A DNA stretch of 64,000 nt from Lytechinus pictus (lineage: Eukaryota). The notes beneath the pieces are model-generated. The model searched no databases. It was not told the DNA's origin and worked only from the letters and a program-made list of their open reading frames with translations. Location: contig NC_087245.1 of the NCBI RefSeq assembly GCF_037042905.1, positions 15,006,001-15,070,000 on the forward strand. Direction: 5' to 3'. Below, one piece after another: positions 13,701-28,700 of this stretch. Made by a program: the position numbers and the translations under genes. The first letter of the stretch is position 1, and every line of letters begins with the position of its first letter.

Positions 13701-16700
13701 GCAACAACCAAGGTATGTCAAGTATCAGCTTTTAAAGGCAGTTAGTAATTTTGTCTAGGATTCAAAATAAAATCCCTGATTCAGGTGCGATTTCTATCAT
13801 AAGTGTAATACTTTAGGTCAGGCAGGAACAGTCTGAGCTTTAGAACCCAAGTGGTCAATTTTTTCATCAAGATATCTATGATATTACGATTTAAAGGTAC
13901 CACCCTACCTTAAGAATTCTTCCAACAGGTATTGTCATTGCTGTTTGTTGCATGCTGCTATACTGGGCAACCCACCTGGTCCACCCGGTGGGTACTCTCA
14001 GGCACAGGATATTACTAACATGTATTATTTTTTGCATTTTTAATGGCTGATTTTAATGACTGTCGTTTCATCTAGAAAGTTCAGGCATTGTTGATTATTC
14101 AATTGAAAGAGATCATTTTTTGTCAACTTGCTCCAAAAGTGATTCATTCCATTAATGACAAGTGACTACTGATAAAATTGCTGGAGTAAATGTAAAGTGT
14201 TTTCATGAATCATGTAAGATGCAAATTGAGAGAACAATCTTGTAGCCAAGTTGGTCAAAAGTAACTATGTATGTAAATATTTCTTTAATAAGCATCAATC
14301 TGCTCGTATTGCCAATATATGAAATAAGTTGTACTTTTTGTATGTATTAGAACCCAAAAGAAATAGTGCCACCCAGTGTGTAAAAATATATGAATTTTGG
14401 TGATTTTCTTTTATGATGTAGGGTGGTCGTCATGTAGACTACGTTGCAGATCAAATAGTAACCCAGATTATACAGACAGTGAAGAAGAAGAACAAAGCAG
14501 GAATCAACATCAAACCTTTCCAGGTATATTCATTTCCATCCCTCTCACACTTCCCCATCCTCTTTATTTCATTTCTTATTGTTCCACTCACTAGTATTTT
14601 TACCATTTTAACCTTTCCTCAATAAAAAAAACTTTCCCTGCAAATTTTTCAGTTATCTTTCCTAAACATATCCTTCTGTTTGTTTATTAGTATATTCAAA
14701 TTTGTATGCATGGATCTTTAAACAAAAGATATGAAAGCCTTGCCAGATAGAGCAACAACTACCAGTAATTCATGCAGACTGGATACCAAGTATTACTCTA
14801 GTTCATTCATTAACAGCCGTTAAATGATTTACCCACTACTTTTACATTTATGAATATCAATAAATTAGTAATGCCTTCCATTATTTTTTCTTATGAATTA
14901 AAAATGTGTGTCTCAACTCCACTGTCAGCTGAGAGCTGTATCCTATTTTCAATTCAATTCAATTCATTTTATTCAATCATTAAAAACATTAATATACAAA
15001 CCAAAATATATACAAAATCATACATGAATGTAACAGTATAGTTTAAATGATTAGGGTGCCCCTAAAAGCAAAAGCTTGATGAGTGGGACACCCAATTACT
15101 TATGTATATATATAAGTGTACATCAACCAAAAAATTACACGGGGGCGGCGGGCGAATTCGCCCCGGAAAGTCCAAAAAGAGCCCCGGAAAAGGGCTAAAA
15201 ACATTCACACGAGGGCGACTGCAAAACTCATAATCGCCCCCGTCAACTAGGCTTGGGAGCCAGCGCCGGGTAATCGAGTCTACCCGATTCTCAATGCCAG
15301 AGTCGGGGAGTCGACCCTGATCTCTGGAGACTCGAGTACCAAGCGGCGGCGGTTCTGAGATAAAGGGACTCGAGTCTTTGCCATGCTCTCTCATTCATGG
15401 ACGAAAATCGGCCCCAGCGCCGACTCCAAGCACTGAGATAAAATAAATGTAGAATTTGGAGCCGAGGAGTCATATACTTTGAGCAGAACGTTTCTCTGCT
15501 TGTGTGCTTTAGGCTCAGTGTGACTGCATGTGGTATGGGGATGCATCGTGTGCATTGTGTGTAGTGTGTATTTCTGTGTGTGTGACTGTAAAATGCCAGT
15601 AGAGACCACGTGCGCATGTGTTGAGCGACACTTGTGATTGTATCATGAACTGGGATTTGTGTGTGGATTGTGTGAGAAGTTTGGTGAAGGTGTAAGATTT
15701 TGGGCGACTTGATAGATGATTGCTCCCCCCCTCCCATTTATCGAGCTGCAGCCACCCATCTTGATCCTTCCCCCCAAAGCTTGTCTCTCCTCATTCCTTC
15801 TTTTCTTCCAAACTTTATTTCCCTATTATTCTTGTTAATTTCTCCTTTTACAAGTTGTAATTCACTACGAACTTCATTATAATTTTAATGAAGTGTTTAT
15901 CACCTCTTGTTTGTTTTTAAATATTTTTATATCTCTGTTCAAAACAAGAGTTAGTCTATCCCTTTAAAAAAAATCACGCTTTGATTTTTTTTCTTTCATT
16001 CTAGTCTTAAATGGGAGTCTTGCCTTATTGGAATATTGGCAAGAAGTTAATAAAAAAAATGATGTTATTGTTCTGTCAGTAATAAAAGTAGAGATTCAAC
16101 TGGATATTTTTCAGTCATATTTCATTTAATCTTCGTTATTTCAATCCAAACATTCATTTTTTTTTCAATGATGTATTTCACCTTTGGCCAGTTCGCCATT
16201 TTCTTAAGTGACTGAAAACGTAGACTAGCCCCTTAATTCAGGGACATCAACCCTCGGCAATTTGTTTACATAACTTTCTTTGTCTCCGTCATGTATTGCA
16301 CAATCTTGAGAAGCACATGTTTGGAAATCTGATATTCTTGTGGTGGTGGTGGGGGGGGGGGGTACGAGATTGCCGCCCTTTTCATTCTGTTTTGGTTTGG
16401 CTGCCACATGGCCTCTCTCACTGTGTGGAGAAATTAGGTCAGGTAAAATTTGCAAAGACGTGGATAAGTTCATTTCAATTAGAGGCTGTGCAAGGCTATC
16501 ATGATGGATGATGGAAATTGCCAGTTTTGGTTCTGGTAGGCCTTTTTGTCATGAATCTGTGTAACTGTTACGAACGCTTAACAATTCAATGACCTTTATG
16601 ACTTATATCATTATTTTGTATGAATAATTTTAAGTCTTTTTTAAAAAGTGTCATTTAAATAACTTTCAGTCAAATATGTACGAAGGATATTTGTTCAACT

Positions 16701-19700
16701 TCATAACATTTGCAGGTACCTATATTGTATGATAAAATAAATTACCTCAGAATTGTACAAATTCAGAACTTTCTTTTTCTTTTACATTGTCTTTAGACAC
16801 GAATACAGATCTTTCTAGATTAATTTGACAAATGCGCTATAACACTCAATAGTAAACACGCAAAGCTCACGTCAACCAAGTATCAAACATTCAAACTTGG
16901 ATTAATTCATGGAGGTTCTACCTCCATGATTTAATCTGAATAGGTCTGTATTAGGTCCATGAATCAACTCAGATATCGTTCAAGCATCAAAATCCATCTA
17001 TCATCACAACACTAAAATCATAAACAATCACTTCGAAGAAACAATGCTATATGCGAAGGTCAAACCAGGGAAGTGTTATACTTCCCTGGTATATGCTAGC
17101 TACCGTGTATATATATACACACACACACACACACAAACGCAAAAAAGCCGCGAAATAGCTCCAGAAATTGTAGCCCTGGAAAGTAGAAATTGTAGCCCTG
17201 GAAAGTGGAAAAAGAGCCCTGGAAAATGAAAAAGTAGCCCTGGAAAATTTTTAAGTTTCTCCAAAAAGAGCCCTGGAAAGAAAAAAAGTAATTTTTTGGT
17301 TGGTGTACATAAAAGTGAAAAGGTAACAATAATAAACACAAACAATACATAAGAAAATAAAACGGTAAACCTACAGGGGAGAGGAAGGGGGGGGGTCAGG
17401 AAAAGGGTGTGCAAATGAATTATGTGATTAATTGGCATACATAATTACAAGTGAACTTTTGAGTTTTGTTTTAAATGCAGTAACATTTGTGCTAAAAATT
17501 ACATTGAAAGGGAGGGAATTCCATATTCGAGGACCAGTGGATTTAAATGAATAAAGGGTTGATTGATTGAATGCTACAGGATAATGGAATTTAGAGTGGG
17601 AACGGGTATTGTATTGATGGTAGTCTTTATTATATTTAAATAGATTGATCATATTAAGGGGTGCTAAGTTGTGATTTACGTAGTACATTAGAATTGCAAT
17701 TTGAATTTTATGAATATCAAAAACTGTCAAGGTGTTTAATCTAAAAAATAAAGGGCGTGACGGAGCTAGGTAGTGGGAGTTAGAACAAATACGTAAAGCC
17801 TTTTTTTGGAGTATGTGTATGGGGTTTAGTTTTGTAGTGCCACAACTTGCCCAAGTGATATTACCATAATAGATATAAGGAAGCAATAAAGAATTGTAGA
17901 GCATAAACAAATGTTTTTCTGTAAGATTATTACGTAATTTAGCTAATATACCTATATTTTTTGACATCCTATTACTAACAAAAAAGCGGTGTTCATTGTA
18001 AGACAATTTGTCATCAAGTACAAATCCTAAGAATTTTACGGAATTTACTAATTTTAAAGTTACATTTCTAATTTTAACATTGAAGTCGAAAGATACATTG
18101 TGGGATAATTGAGGTTTTCGAAAATACATAACACTTGTTTTGTCATAATTGACAACGAGTTTGTTTGCATCGAACCAATCACAAATCTTACATAATTCAT
18201 CATTTGTTTTTTCCAGTAAATATATAAAATTGCTATGGGTAGAAATAATAGTAGTGTCATCAGCAAATAAAACATAATTAAAGAATGAAGATGCTGAACA
18301 TAAGTCATTTATATAAATAAGGAAGAGAAGCGGGCCCAGTATGGAGCCTTGGGGGACTCCATACTGGGCGATAGAATATTGAGAATCATAATTGTTAAAT
18401 GAAGTGTAGTTTTGTCGATCAATTAAGTAGCTCTGGAACCATTCCCACACTGCTCCCCTAATACCGTAATGAGATAATTTATATAAGAGAATGTTATGGT
18501 CTATGAGGTCGAAGGCTTTTGATAGGTCTAGGAATATTCCAAATGAGTGGTAATTATTATTCATATTAGTTAAGAGGGTATTATTTAAGTCAATTAATGC
18601 ATGCTCACATGAATGTCCTACCCTAAATCTGTATTGACAGTTGTTTAATATTCTGTTATTATCTAAGTGGGAAATTAATATTTTGTAAACAATTTTTTCC
18701 AGGATCTTAGAAAAGCATGATAATAATGTAATAGTTCGGTAATTAGAAAATGAATGTTTATCGCCTTTTTTGAAAACTGGGATGATTTTTCAGATTTTTA
18801 AGCTATTAGGTACTTTGCCAGAACATAAAGATAAATTAAATATATGTACTTATGGTTTAAGTATAGAAAAATATTGAAAATATTAGAGTTGAGTTGTGAT
18901 CTTATTCTAAGTTTGGTGGTGTTTGGCTGGTTGAGTGGACGTCTTTAATTTGGTCCCAAGAGAAGACATTGTAGACCTTCAGGAATGCTCCTCAAGCGGA
19001 GTATGCAAGTATGTTGCCAGCTCCATTTTGGATACTTGATGTTGCCAATGCATCTCTTCAGCATTTCAGGAAAACATCATCGCCTGAATTTATCATTTTA
19101 TCAAGGACAGTGTTAGGCAGTTGCTAGTCCAACTTTTTAAATCTGGTTTTGTCCTCCATCTTGAATCTAACCTACCTTCCCCCCCCCCCCATTCTTGCTT
19201 TTTCCATGTCTTTGGCCATCTAAATAAAAAAAAAAAAATGAATGGGGAAGATATCCATCTTCTTATGCACATTTCTCTTTCTTTAGGTCCGTAGCCATAT
19301 TTGGGTGTTTGTGAACTGCCTAATAGAGAACCCCACCTTTGACTCACAGACCAAGGAGACCATGACACTTCAGGTCAAGAAGTTTGGCTCCCACTGTAAA
19401 CTCAGCGAGAAGTTTATCAAAGCGGTAAGATTATAAATCGTCACTTCTCTGTTCACTCTTTTCTTGTTTATTTTGTGTGGTTTTTTTTATGGGGGGAACC
19501 AGTAAGGAAATATCTGTTTCCCCTTATTAAATATGTTTGGGAATATTTGATTTTCTGATAAACTCACTTCTGGCCTGTTTCATAAAGAGTTGCAATTGTT
19601 TTAACTTGATTGTGATTGGCTGCTGAGCCTTGTTGCCATGGTAGTTGCCATAATGGTTAAGTTACAACAGTTGTAACTCTTTATGAAACAGGCCCCTGTA

Positions 19701-22700
19701 CAAAGTTATAATCTTGAAGCATTGTATCTTTCATGACCGTTGTGAAATATACTCTTGACATAATGAATATATTGACATTGCAATCTCACATATTTCATTA
19801 TTATAAAGATCTGTCTGTTCCTAATTCCAGGCTTCCAACTGCGGGATAGTAGAGAATATTCTATCCTGGATGAAATTCAAGGCTCAGGTAGGAAAATGTC
19901 TTTTGCTTTTAAGTTGCTTGTAATCAGTTTAAATATGAATGGGTGTAATTTTGTTCTAAGTTGTGGGTGTGATATTAAAATGTGTTTTTTATCATGGTTC
20001 TAAGAGTAACAATATACCTGGGAATTATTAGATTATAAAGTTTCATTGAAATGGGAAATATAATATGGGATGGAGAATCTAGGTAACTACATGTATTATG
20101 TATTTTTGACATTTTACTAGTGTCTTATGAAAAGGAAGTAAGTTTTTTGTTATTATTTTAATCCTGTGAAAAGATAGGTGTCCAAAACACCACTCATGAG
20201 TTTTTTTCATGAGAATTTTGTTTCGATGTATACATGCTTAAAATTTTTCAATCAATAACCGATGTAAAAGGGTCCTCTTGGAGATATTTTCCAAAGATGA
20301 GGTGAAAATGCCCAGAATCCATGTTTATGAATTCATCCCAAACTTATTTTTGAAATGGAAATTATGATATGTAATTTCTTTGTACTGCCCACAGAGTCAG
20401 CTGGACAAGAAATGCCACACCTCCAAGCATTCCAAGATCAAGGGTGTCCCTAAGCTTGATGATGCCAACAGTGCAGGGGGCAGGAACTCATCTCTCTGTA
20501 CACTCATCCTGACTGAGGGAGACTCTGCCAAGTCACTGGCTGTCAGCGGGTTGGGCGTGGTCGGTAGGGACCACTTTGGGGTATTCCCCCTCAGGGGAAA
20601 GCTGTTGAATGTCAGGGAAGCCTCTCACAAGCAGGTAAGCAATACAAGCTGGAATATTGATGTTTCAGTTATTTTTTTTTCTGTCATATATATATATATA
20701 TATATATATATGGGTAATGTTGAAAGTGTTTGAGTATGATTAAGAAGTCATGGTCTGCAGTGTTGGTAAAATGTGGCACACGGAATATTCACCCAATCTC
20801 TATCTACCCACTAGCCCTACAGATAGATATTAAGGTGTGACTTTTGCCCTCGATTGAATCCTGTACAGCCAGCCTTTTTAAATATTTTTTTGTATGTTTG
20901 AGCCTCATTATTGGAATAAAAGACAGACCCCTGTAACTATTTTTCTTGGAACAGTTGGTCCCATGGATTTTCTTGACATTACGCCACAGATGAAAACTTA
21001 TCTTAAACCTAATGCCAACCCTGGTCATTATCCCCTCATAATTCAAGACCAAAAGTTGTGAGGTACAGAGGTTCTTAGAAATTAGACAATTGTCACAGGA
21101 GTGACATCACCTGGAAGTTTTGCCTCTTTCTTATATTAGTATTTTAGCACTAGTCATGCAAAACTTTATAATCGGTATTTCACAAGCTGGTTATCTGTCT
21201 CTTTGCTAGATCATGGAGAATGCTGAAATCAACAATATCATCAAGATCCTGGGTCTTCAATACAAGAACAAATATGATTCTGAAGAGTCCCTCAAGACTC
21301 TCCGCTACGGGAAATTGATGATCATGACTGATCAGGATCAGGATGGTTCTCATATCAAGGGTCTCCTAATCAACTTCATCCACAGCAACTGGCCTCAACT
21401 TCTACAGAGGGACTTCTTAGAAGAATTCATCACACCCATCGTCAAGGTTTGTTGGTAGTAAGGGAAGGGGGGTTGGGCTGGGGGGTGTTGTGACGACTGA
21501 TCAGGATTTTGGTGGTTCTCATATCAAGGGTCTCCTAATCAACTTCATCCACAACAACTGGCCTCATCTCTTACATGGAGACTTCCTAGAGGAATTCATC
21601 ACACCCATTGTCAAGGTATTTTGGTAGCCTGGAGGGATAGGGTTAAAGATAACTGATCAAGACAATTTGATTCAGTCTGACAACATTTTATGGTTCGATC
21701 AATGAACTTTTGATGCAAAGTCTACCAAATCACGCCACTTGATTAGAAAAAACAAACAGTAAAAGAACTAACACACACCATGCTCTTGTTATTGCCTGGG
21801 TAGCTTTTGTCTTATTTAGAAAAAAAAAATTATTGAAAAGAGTTTTCAGATGTGCATCATGATTAGAACTCTCAGATCGATGCCTTTCCAAGGAAATCGG
21901 CAACTTTGTGATTTTGAAACGTCAGTTATCAATGTTGATCCATTTCAGGTCAGGTAAATGAGTTTAGAAAAAAAATGCATCAATAAAAGAAAAATACTGC
22001 TTTGCCAACTTAAAAAACAGAAACCGTTCAAATAATTCTTTAAGCAATTTATGATAGTTAATGGGTTAGTGGATGGAGGCAATAGGGATTATGCCCAACT
22101 ATTTTCCATCTGTCTTTTTATCATGTTTAGGTGAGCAAGGCCAATGAGACGACGCTATCCTTCTATTCCCTCCCTGAATTTGAGAGATGGAAGAATGAAA
22201 AAGACAACTGGAAAACATGGAAGATCAAATACTACAAAGGTTGGTTTGAATATTTTCACATGGTCTTATGTTGGGTATTGATATGGGATGAATTTTCATA
22301 TGGTCTAGTCCCCGACTCATCTAGAATTTGAAGTTTATTTGCTATATGAAACAAATCCCAAGCATGAAATGAGATGAAGACTTCAGGATACAGTCTTTCT
22401 GATATACAATAATTTTATTTAAGAGATAAATGTTTGAAAAGCTTCTGTCTAGAAAAATAAATGACATTATAATATATTGATAAGTTATATCAGAATTTCA
22501 TAGAGGATCATCAATGGGAAAAATCTGAAATTTGTACTACAATTTTTAAAGATTCAAGTGTTAGAATTCATATTATTGAACATTTACCAATGCTTTAGAA
22601 CATGCTTTAATGATTTATTATAATTCATGTAGTTTACTTGGAATTTACTTCTGTGCTATTAACTGGCCACTGTAGACTTCATTAGATTGGATGATTCCTG

Positions 22701-25700
22701 CAGACTGTTAGATGATATTAAGATAATTTGCATCTCAATATTGTTTCTAGGTTTGGGTACGAGTACCATGAAGGAAGCAAAGGAATACTTCTGTGACATG
22801 GATCGTCATCGGATCCCGTTTGAATACACTGGACCGGATGATGATGCTGCTATTGTTCTTGTAAGTCTTCTCTCATTGATAATTTATGGTTGCAGCTTAT
22901 CATTTATGAGTAGTCCTTTACATGCATTTCTATGTGCATGACATGTGACTTTCATTAGTAAAATGCTTATTGCTGATTATTCTTACAATTCAAAATTCTG
23001 ATAGCATTCACTAACACTTCAATACATTCTATTCAATATTAATTCAAATGGTTTCTTTTTCAATTTGATCTAACTACCAGATTTGATTTTGTATGCTAAT
23101 GCAAGGTGTGTGTAAATTGAATTAAATTTGTTTCAAATTTATTGTATGTTTCATCATTATGTTTTGTAGGCATTCAGTAAGAAGAAAGTGGAGGATCGGA
23201 AGGTATGGCTGAGTGAATGGCTAGAGGAAAGGAGAAGCAGGAAAGAAACAGGACTTGGAGAGGTAGGATAACCTTTATTGAATTGCAAATAAAGATTTTT
23301 TGCAAGTGTTTTCAATATAATTTGATAGAATTTCTGTAAAGAATGATAAAATGTACAGGATTTCACAGTGAAATGAAGTTACTAGTAGCTGTAGGATGGT
23401 GATGATGATGATGGTGATGATGATGATGATGATGGTGATTATTATGATGGTGATAATTATGATGGTGGTAATGATGGTGGTGGTGCTGATGGTAGTAGTT
23501 GTAATGATGATGATAATTGTGATTTTGATGATGGTGGTGATGATGATGATGGTGATGATAATGGTGATTGTGAAAATGTTGATGATAATGGTGATTATGA
23601 TGATGGTGATAATGATGATGATAATGATTATCATTATGGTTTGTAGTAGAACAATCAAAGACTGACAATCGGAATGATCAGGCGTACGATTGTTAAGATG
23701 ATAATGGTGATGGACAATGACTTGATGATGATGATTATCAAATTAATATGATAATGATGAAAATAATGCCAACAAGCATGATAAATATGCTGGAATATAG
23801 AAGACTATATTGATAAACAAAATTATTTTTTTCATCTTGCTAAAGCGCTACCTTTACCAGACAGATACTAAGAAAGTCAGTTACAATGAATTCATCAATA
23901 AGGAGCTGGTTCTTTTCTCTAATGCTGACAATGAGAGATCAATCCCATCCATGATCGATGGTAAGTCAAGTTATCACACAAAACTTGTAATAGATTGGAA
24001 GTCAATTTTAGGTCTCAAAATCAATCATTTGTCTATGCAAAACCTTGAACAATTATTGTAAATTATTGTAAGTTATGTTATGAGTATTTCATTAAACATG
24101 TAATTAATTATTAATGTTATTATGAAATTATTATAAATGAATTGGTTTCATGGTATTTAAATCAAATTAAATTCTAAATCATTTTTCCCACTACTGAATA
24201 TATGACAATTGTAGATTGTAGATTTTAACAAACGTTTAAATGCAAAGTGAAACGTCTGTAAATATTTGATTAGGATTTAGGAATTCAGTACCAATTTATT
24301 AAAACACACCAGGAAATTTTTTTGGGAAAATCATTTAGCACAAGAAATGTTGTTTATAGAATTATGCATGACAATATGAACATCTTTATGAAGTTGCTCC
24401 CATCATAAAAAAAAATCTATCTGATGCACTGGTGCTATTCAACATCTATTTAACTTTATTTTTCACAATAAAAGGTTTTAATTCTTCCCATGTGCTTCCA
24501 TGTGATTTTCAGGTTTGAAGCCGGGGCAGCGTAAGGTACTGTATACATGCTTCAAGAAGTATGAGAAGAAAGAGATCAAGGTGGCCCAGATGGCTGGTGC
24601 TGTGGCTGAGCTTTCAGCTTATCATCATGGTGAGGTAAGATAGCACATTCTTAGCCCATATTCACATATATGTTCTGATTTAAATTGTTGCTTGAAACGG
24701 TGATTTACTTTTTTGTGTCATCTGCTACTAATCTGTCTTCATGATATGTTGGATCTGGCAAACTGTCCTTGTTTGGATCTGATATGTCCAACTTTACTGC
24801 TTCAGCTGGTCTCGGGTTGGGAGAATTAATAGGTACGTGGTGAGTTCTCTGATCAGTAGCCTTCCTATGAGCAGCAAGATATCACACAAACCTGACAGTG
24901 TCTCAAAGTTGACACTCCTGACTCCTGTAACATTTATCATAGGTCTTTTTCTGTCCTTTGAGGACATCAATGAATTAAATAGTTGGTAGCTAGACTTTGT
25001 GATACTCAAACTTGAAACAGGCACAAGTTTGGGAGTGTTACATTAGTTGAAAATTACCTGAATAATGGCTGGGCTATGGGAAGCTAAAGTGGATTTCCTA
25101 ATCATTTTATTTGTGTAACCTTAATATACAGAAGTTGATAAACATTCTTACCGTGAACATACATTTTAGTTCAAGTTGTTATTTGTGGATTTCCCACAGT
25201 TTGAATGAAGTCATTGCCAATATAGTAAAACTTTGTTAACACATACTTTGGCTTCACACTTGGCATTCTGTATACCAGTCATTGTCTAAGTTGTTCAGAA
25301 CAAATGATGAGCTTTGTTTGACAGCCTCATGTTCTTTTAGCCAATAGATCAATGAACAATGAAATAGAAAATTGCATTATTTCAGGGAAAGGATTATAAC
25401 AATTATTTCCTTGATAACTTTTGCTCTAGACATCTCTGATGAGTACAATTATCAACCTGGCCCAGAACTTTGTTGGTAGCAACAACCTGAATCTCCTGCA
25501 GCCCATTGGTCAGTTTGGTACCCGCCTTCATGGAGGAAAGGACGCTGCTAGCCCTCGTTATATATTTACTCAACTCAGGTATGTACAATGAGTGAATAAA
25601 GATTGAAGGTAAAGTTCATCCTGAAAATGAATGGCATGCATAAACAATTATTTTTAAGGGGAGAGTGAAATCATCTTCGATAGGTTGTTTTTGACGAATC

Positions 25701-28700
25701 AGAGGTTACTTCGTATGGTTGTCAATTTATGTTTACTTGATCACAAATTAAAAAGAATTCAAGTAAGATATAAAGAATAGACATCTTCATTTCCTTTGGG
25801 CATATTTTCTGTAGCAAAGAAAGGAAAGGTTTGGTTGGACTTATGTTTTGAAGTCTTACTTGTTTTTGATCTGTTTAGTATATGATATCACTACTTGTTT
25901 GTCTGTCCTTTCTTTGAGAAAAAAAGAAAGCAATTCCTTTATAAGTGGTATTGTATCATGAAGTATCGCATACAATTAGGAAATTGAAGCTTGAACACTG
26001 CTTTGCCACTACAACTGCATTGACTTTCCCTTTGCTATGCCTCTCTTCTTGTTCAGTCCCTTAGCAAGGCTTGTCTTCCCTGCTCACGACGACTCCCTCC
26101 TCACCTACATGTTTGATGACAACCAGCGTATCGAACCAGAGTTCTATGTTCCCATCATCCCAATGGTTCTTATCAATGGCAGTGAGGGTATCGGTACGGG
26201 ATGGAGCACCAGGATAAGCAACTATGATATCAGAGAGGTCATGGCCAACGTCAAAAGACTCCTTGCAGGAGAGGATCCTATTCCAATGGTAGGTTAACCC
26301 ATAGGGTAAGGGTGAGATAAGGGTTGGCTTGACAAAGGGTTGAGTTTGAACCTTTATTTGTTTGTAAGAGGCAATTAGTATGGTGTTAAAGGCAAACTAT
26401 GTCACAGCCATCTTGAATAGCATCAGCTCAGGACCTAAACTAAATAAATAGTCACTGTTTCTGTACCCAGAATGCAACATTCTGATCATGAAGTCTTGAA
26501 ATATACGCCAATTTTTAAAAATCTTAATACCACATTACGTTGCCAAGAAGAAAACTGAAGAGAGCACAATTCCAAACATTTTTGTTTTCCATTGAAGATT
26601 AGATGGCCATCTCAATTTGTAATGAAATTCACAAAATATTTTAGCAGTTGTTTTATGAGAAGACATGGATGAAGGCTAGAAGTTGGTACATGGGCCTGTA
26701 TGGGAGTGTGGTTGACCTCTCGGAAGGACACTTCCCATTTTAAGATGTAATCTCAATGAACTACTACCATGTCCCGTCTCTTTTCACTGAATAACCTTTA
26801 TCACTTTTGTGTAAGAGCATTGAGAAACAGAGAGTGGTCCTGCAAACCTGGAGTCAGTTTTACATTTGAGGATGATTACCTAGAGCTCCTGTGGTTCATT
26901 AACCTATTGCACAAGTAACCCTAATAAAAATGTATTGAATAATTTAAAATAAGATGAAATGGTATGAGCAAGATAATAATCCTTACTAATTCATCTGTTA
27001 TTTGTGATATATCTCTTCAATATCTTTAAAACAATCATTTAATCATCCACCATCCTTCTCAGCTTCCATCCTACAAGAACTTCCGTGGAACCATCGAGGA
27101 GTTTGAGCCCAATCGTTTCGCTGTTAACGGAGAGATCGCAGTGACAGACAACAACTCGGTAGAGATCACAGAGCTGCCTGTCAGGGTCTGGACCCAGAAC
27201 TACAAGGAATCCGTCCTGGAGACCATGGTCTATGGGACAGAGAAGGTCAAGCCATCTATCACGTAGGTTGTCCTAAAACTGGTACCGATCAATTCTAGGA
27301 ATGGAAAGAAATGTACGGTTCTCGGTTCATGGGGAAAAAACAAATAAATCTTGCTCACAAAATCATACCGGTACATTTTGGTGCTTCTACTGAGGTATGA
27401 GTACACACTTCATAAGAATTATTTATACTGCACTTTTTATTTAACCAGGGGGTGTTTTCCAAAGATATAAGTGTGACTTAAGAGTTGCACTTAAATCAAG
27501 CAGGGGTGTTTTGCAAAGATTTAAGTTTTAAATAAGAGTTGCGCTTAAAATTAACCAGGGGGTGTTTTGCAAAGATTTAAGTGTGACTTAGGAGTTGCAC
27601 TTAAATTTCAGTTGGGTACGGTATATAATGCATCACCTTATTGGTCAGATTATAATCATGGGATGTGCACTACCGTCTATCAATCAGATTTTGCACTAAG
27701 TAACATGTATGCATTCACTCTTTGTGAAACACCCCCCTAATGCAGGCAATTGCCTAGTGTGCCCACCTTAACTGCCCTGCTGCCCGTTTAAACCAATAGG
27801 GGTTAGTGCAAGTGAGACATTGCCCATTTACTTGGAATCCTGTCCACGACACCTTAATTTCCATGCTGTCATTGCCTGTCTCCCTATTTTCTTCAGTCAA
27901 TCAATGTTTGTTTCATTACCACATTCTTCAGGGACTACAAGGAGTACCATACAGACACCACGGTCAAGTTTGTAGTGAAGATGAATGAGGAAAGGTTGAT
28001 GCGAGCAGAAGACGAAGGCCTTCATAAGATGTTCAAACTACAGACGACATTCTCACATGCTAACATGGTAAGTCAGTAAAGGGTAACTCATGTTGTGTCA
28101 AAGGAGGTAGAAAAAGAGTAAATTTGTTGTTCTTCTGGATACAAAATGGAGATAAAAAGAGAAAAATTGTTTTCGTGGTAATGACATTATATATTTGAGA
28201 AATATAAATTCCCAAAAATGCAATTTTTTCATAATTTTGAATGTGCTTTTATTTCTGCAGTGAATATATCATTAGTCACATAATCTCATACCCCTTCTAT
28301 AGGAGAGTTATTTGTATTAATCATATTCCATAAAAAAATTAGTATCTATATTACATTAATTAAAAGCTTAAAAATTCAAATCACTTATTCCTTATTGGAT
28401 TTCATGAAACTTTCACCATTATTTTTTATATTTTTTTCTTGTAGGTGAATTTCCCCTTTAATGGCAAATTCACAATTTTTATAAATTCCTGAAAATGAAA
28501 TATGTACACAAATTTTATATTTTTATATTTTTTGGTTATTCTTGGTCCCATTTCATTTTTTTTCAGGTGTTGTACGACAGCCATGGTTGTATTAGAAGGT
28601 ATGAGAATGTTGAGGAGATCCTGAGAGAATTCTTTACCTTGCGAATGGAGCTGTATCACAAGCGAAAGGCCTACCTTGAAGGCATCTTGGAGGCTGAATC

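Larger units (their letters stand above)
14946..18875 (-). mobile_element. 5'-truncated L2/CR1-group LINE in TOP2 intron 9, interrupted by a DNA transposon
   Basis: ORF 17428-18564 has RT motifs [36 protein letters not shown] and the C-terminal GPRIWNSLP. Upstream it continues as ...[26 protein letters not shown] (in-frame stop). The 3'UTR has a stem-loop at 15053-15093 and a (TTGAA)n tail at about 14946-14966. Confidence 0.9.

Noticed and set aside
23275..23668. His-, Met- and Ile-rich ORFs
   Set aside because: Translations of an intronic trinucleotide microsatellite.
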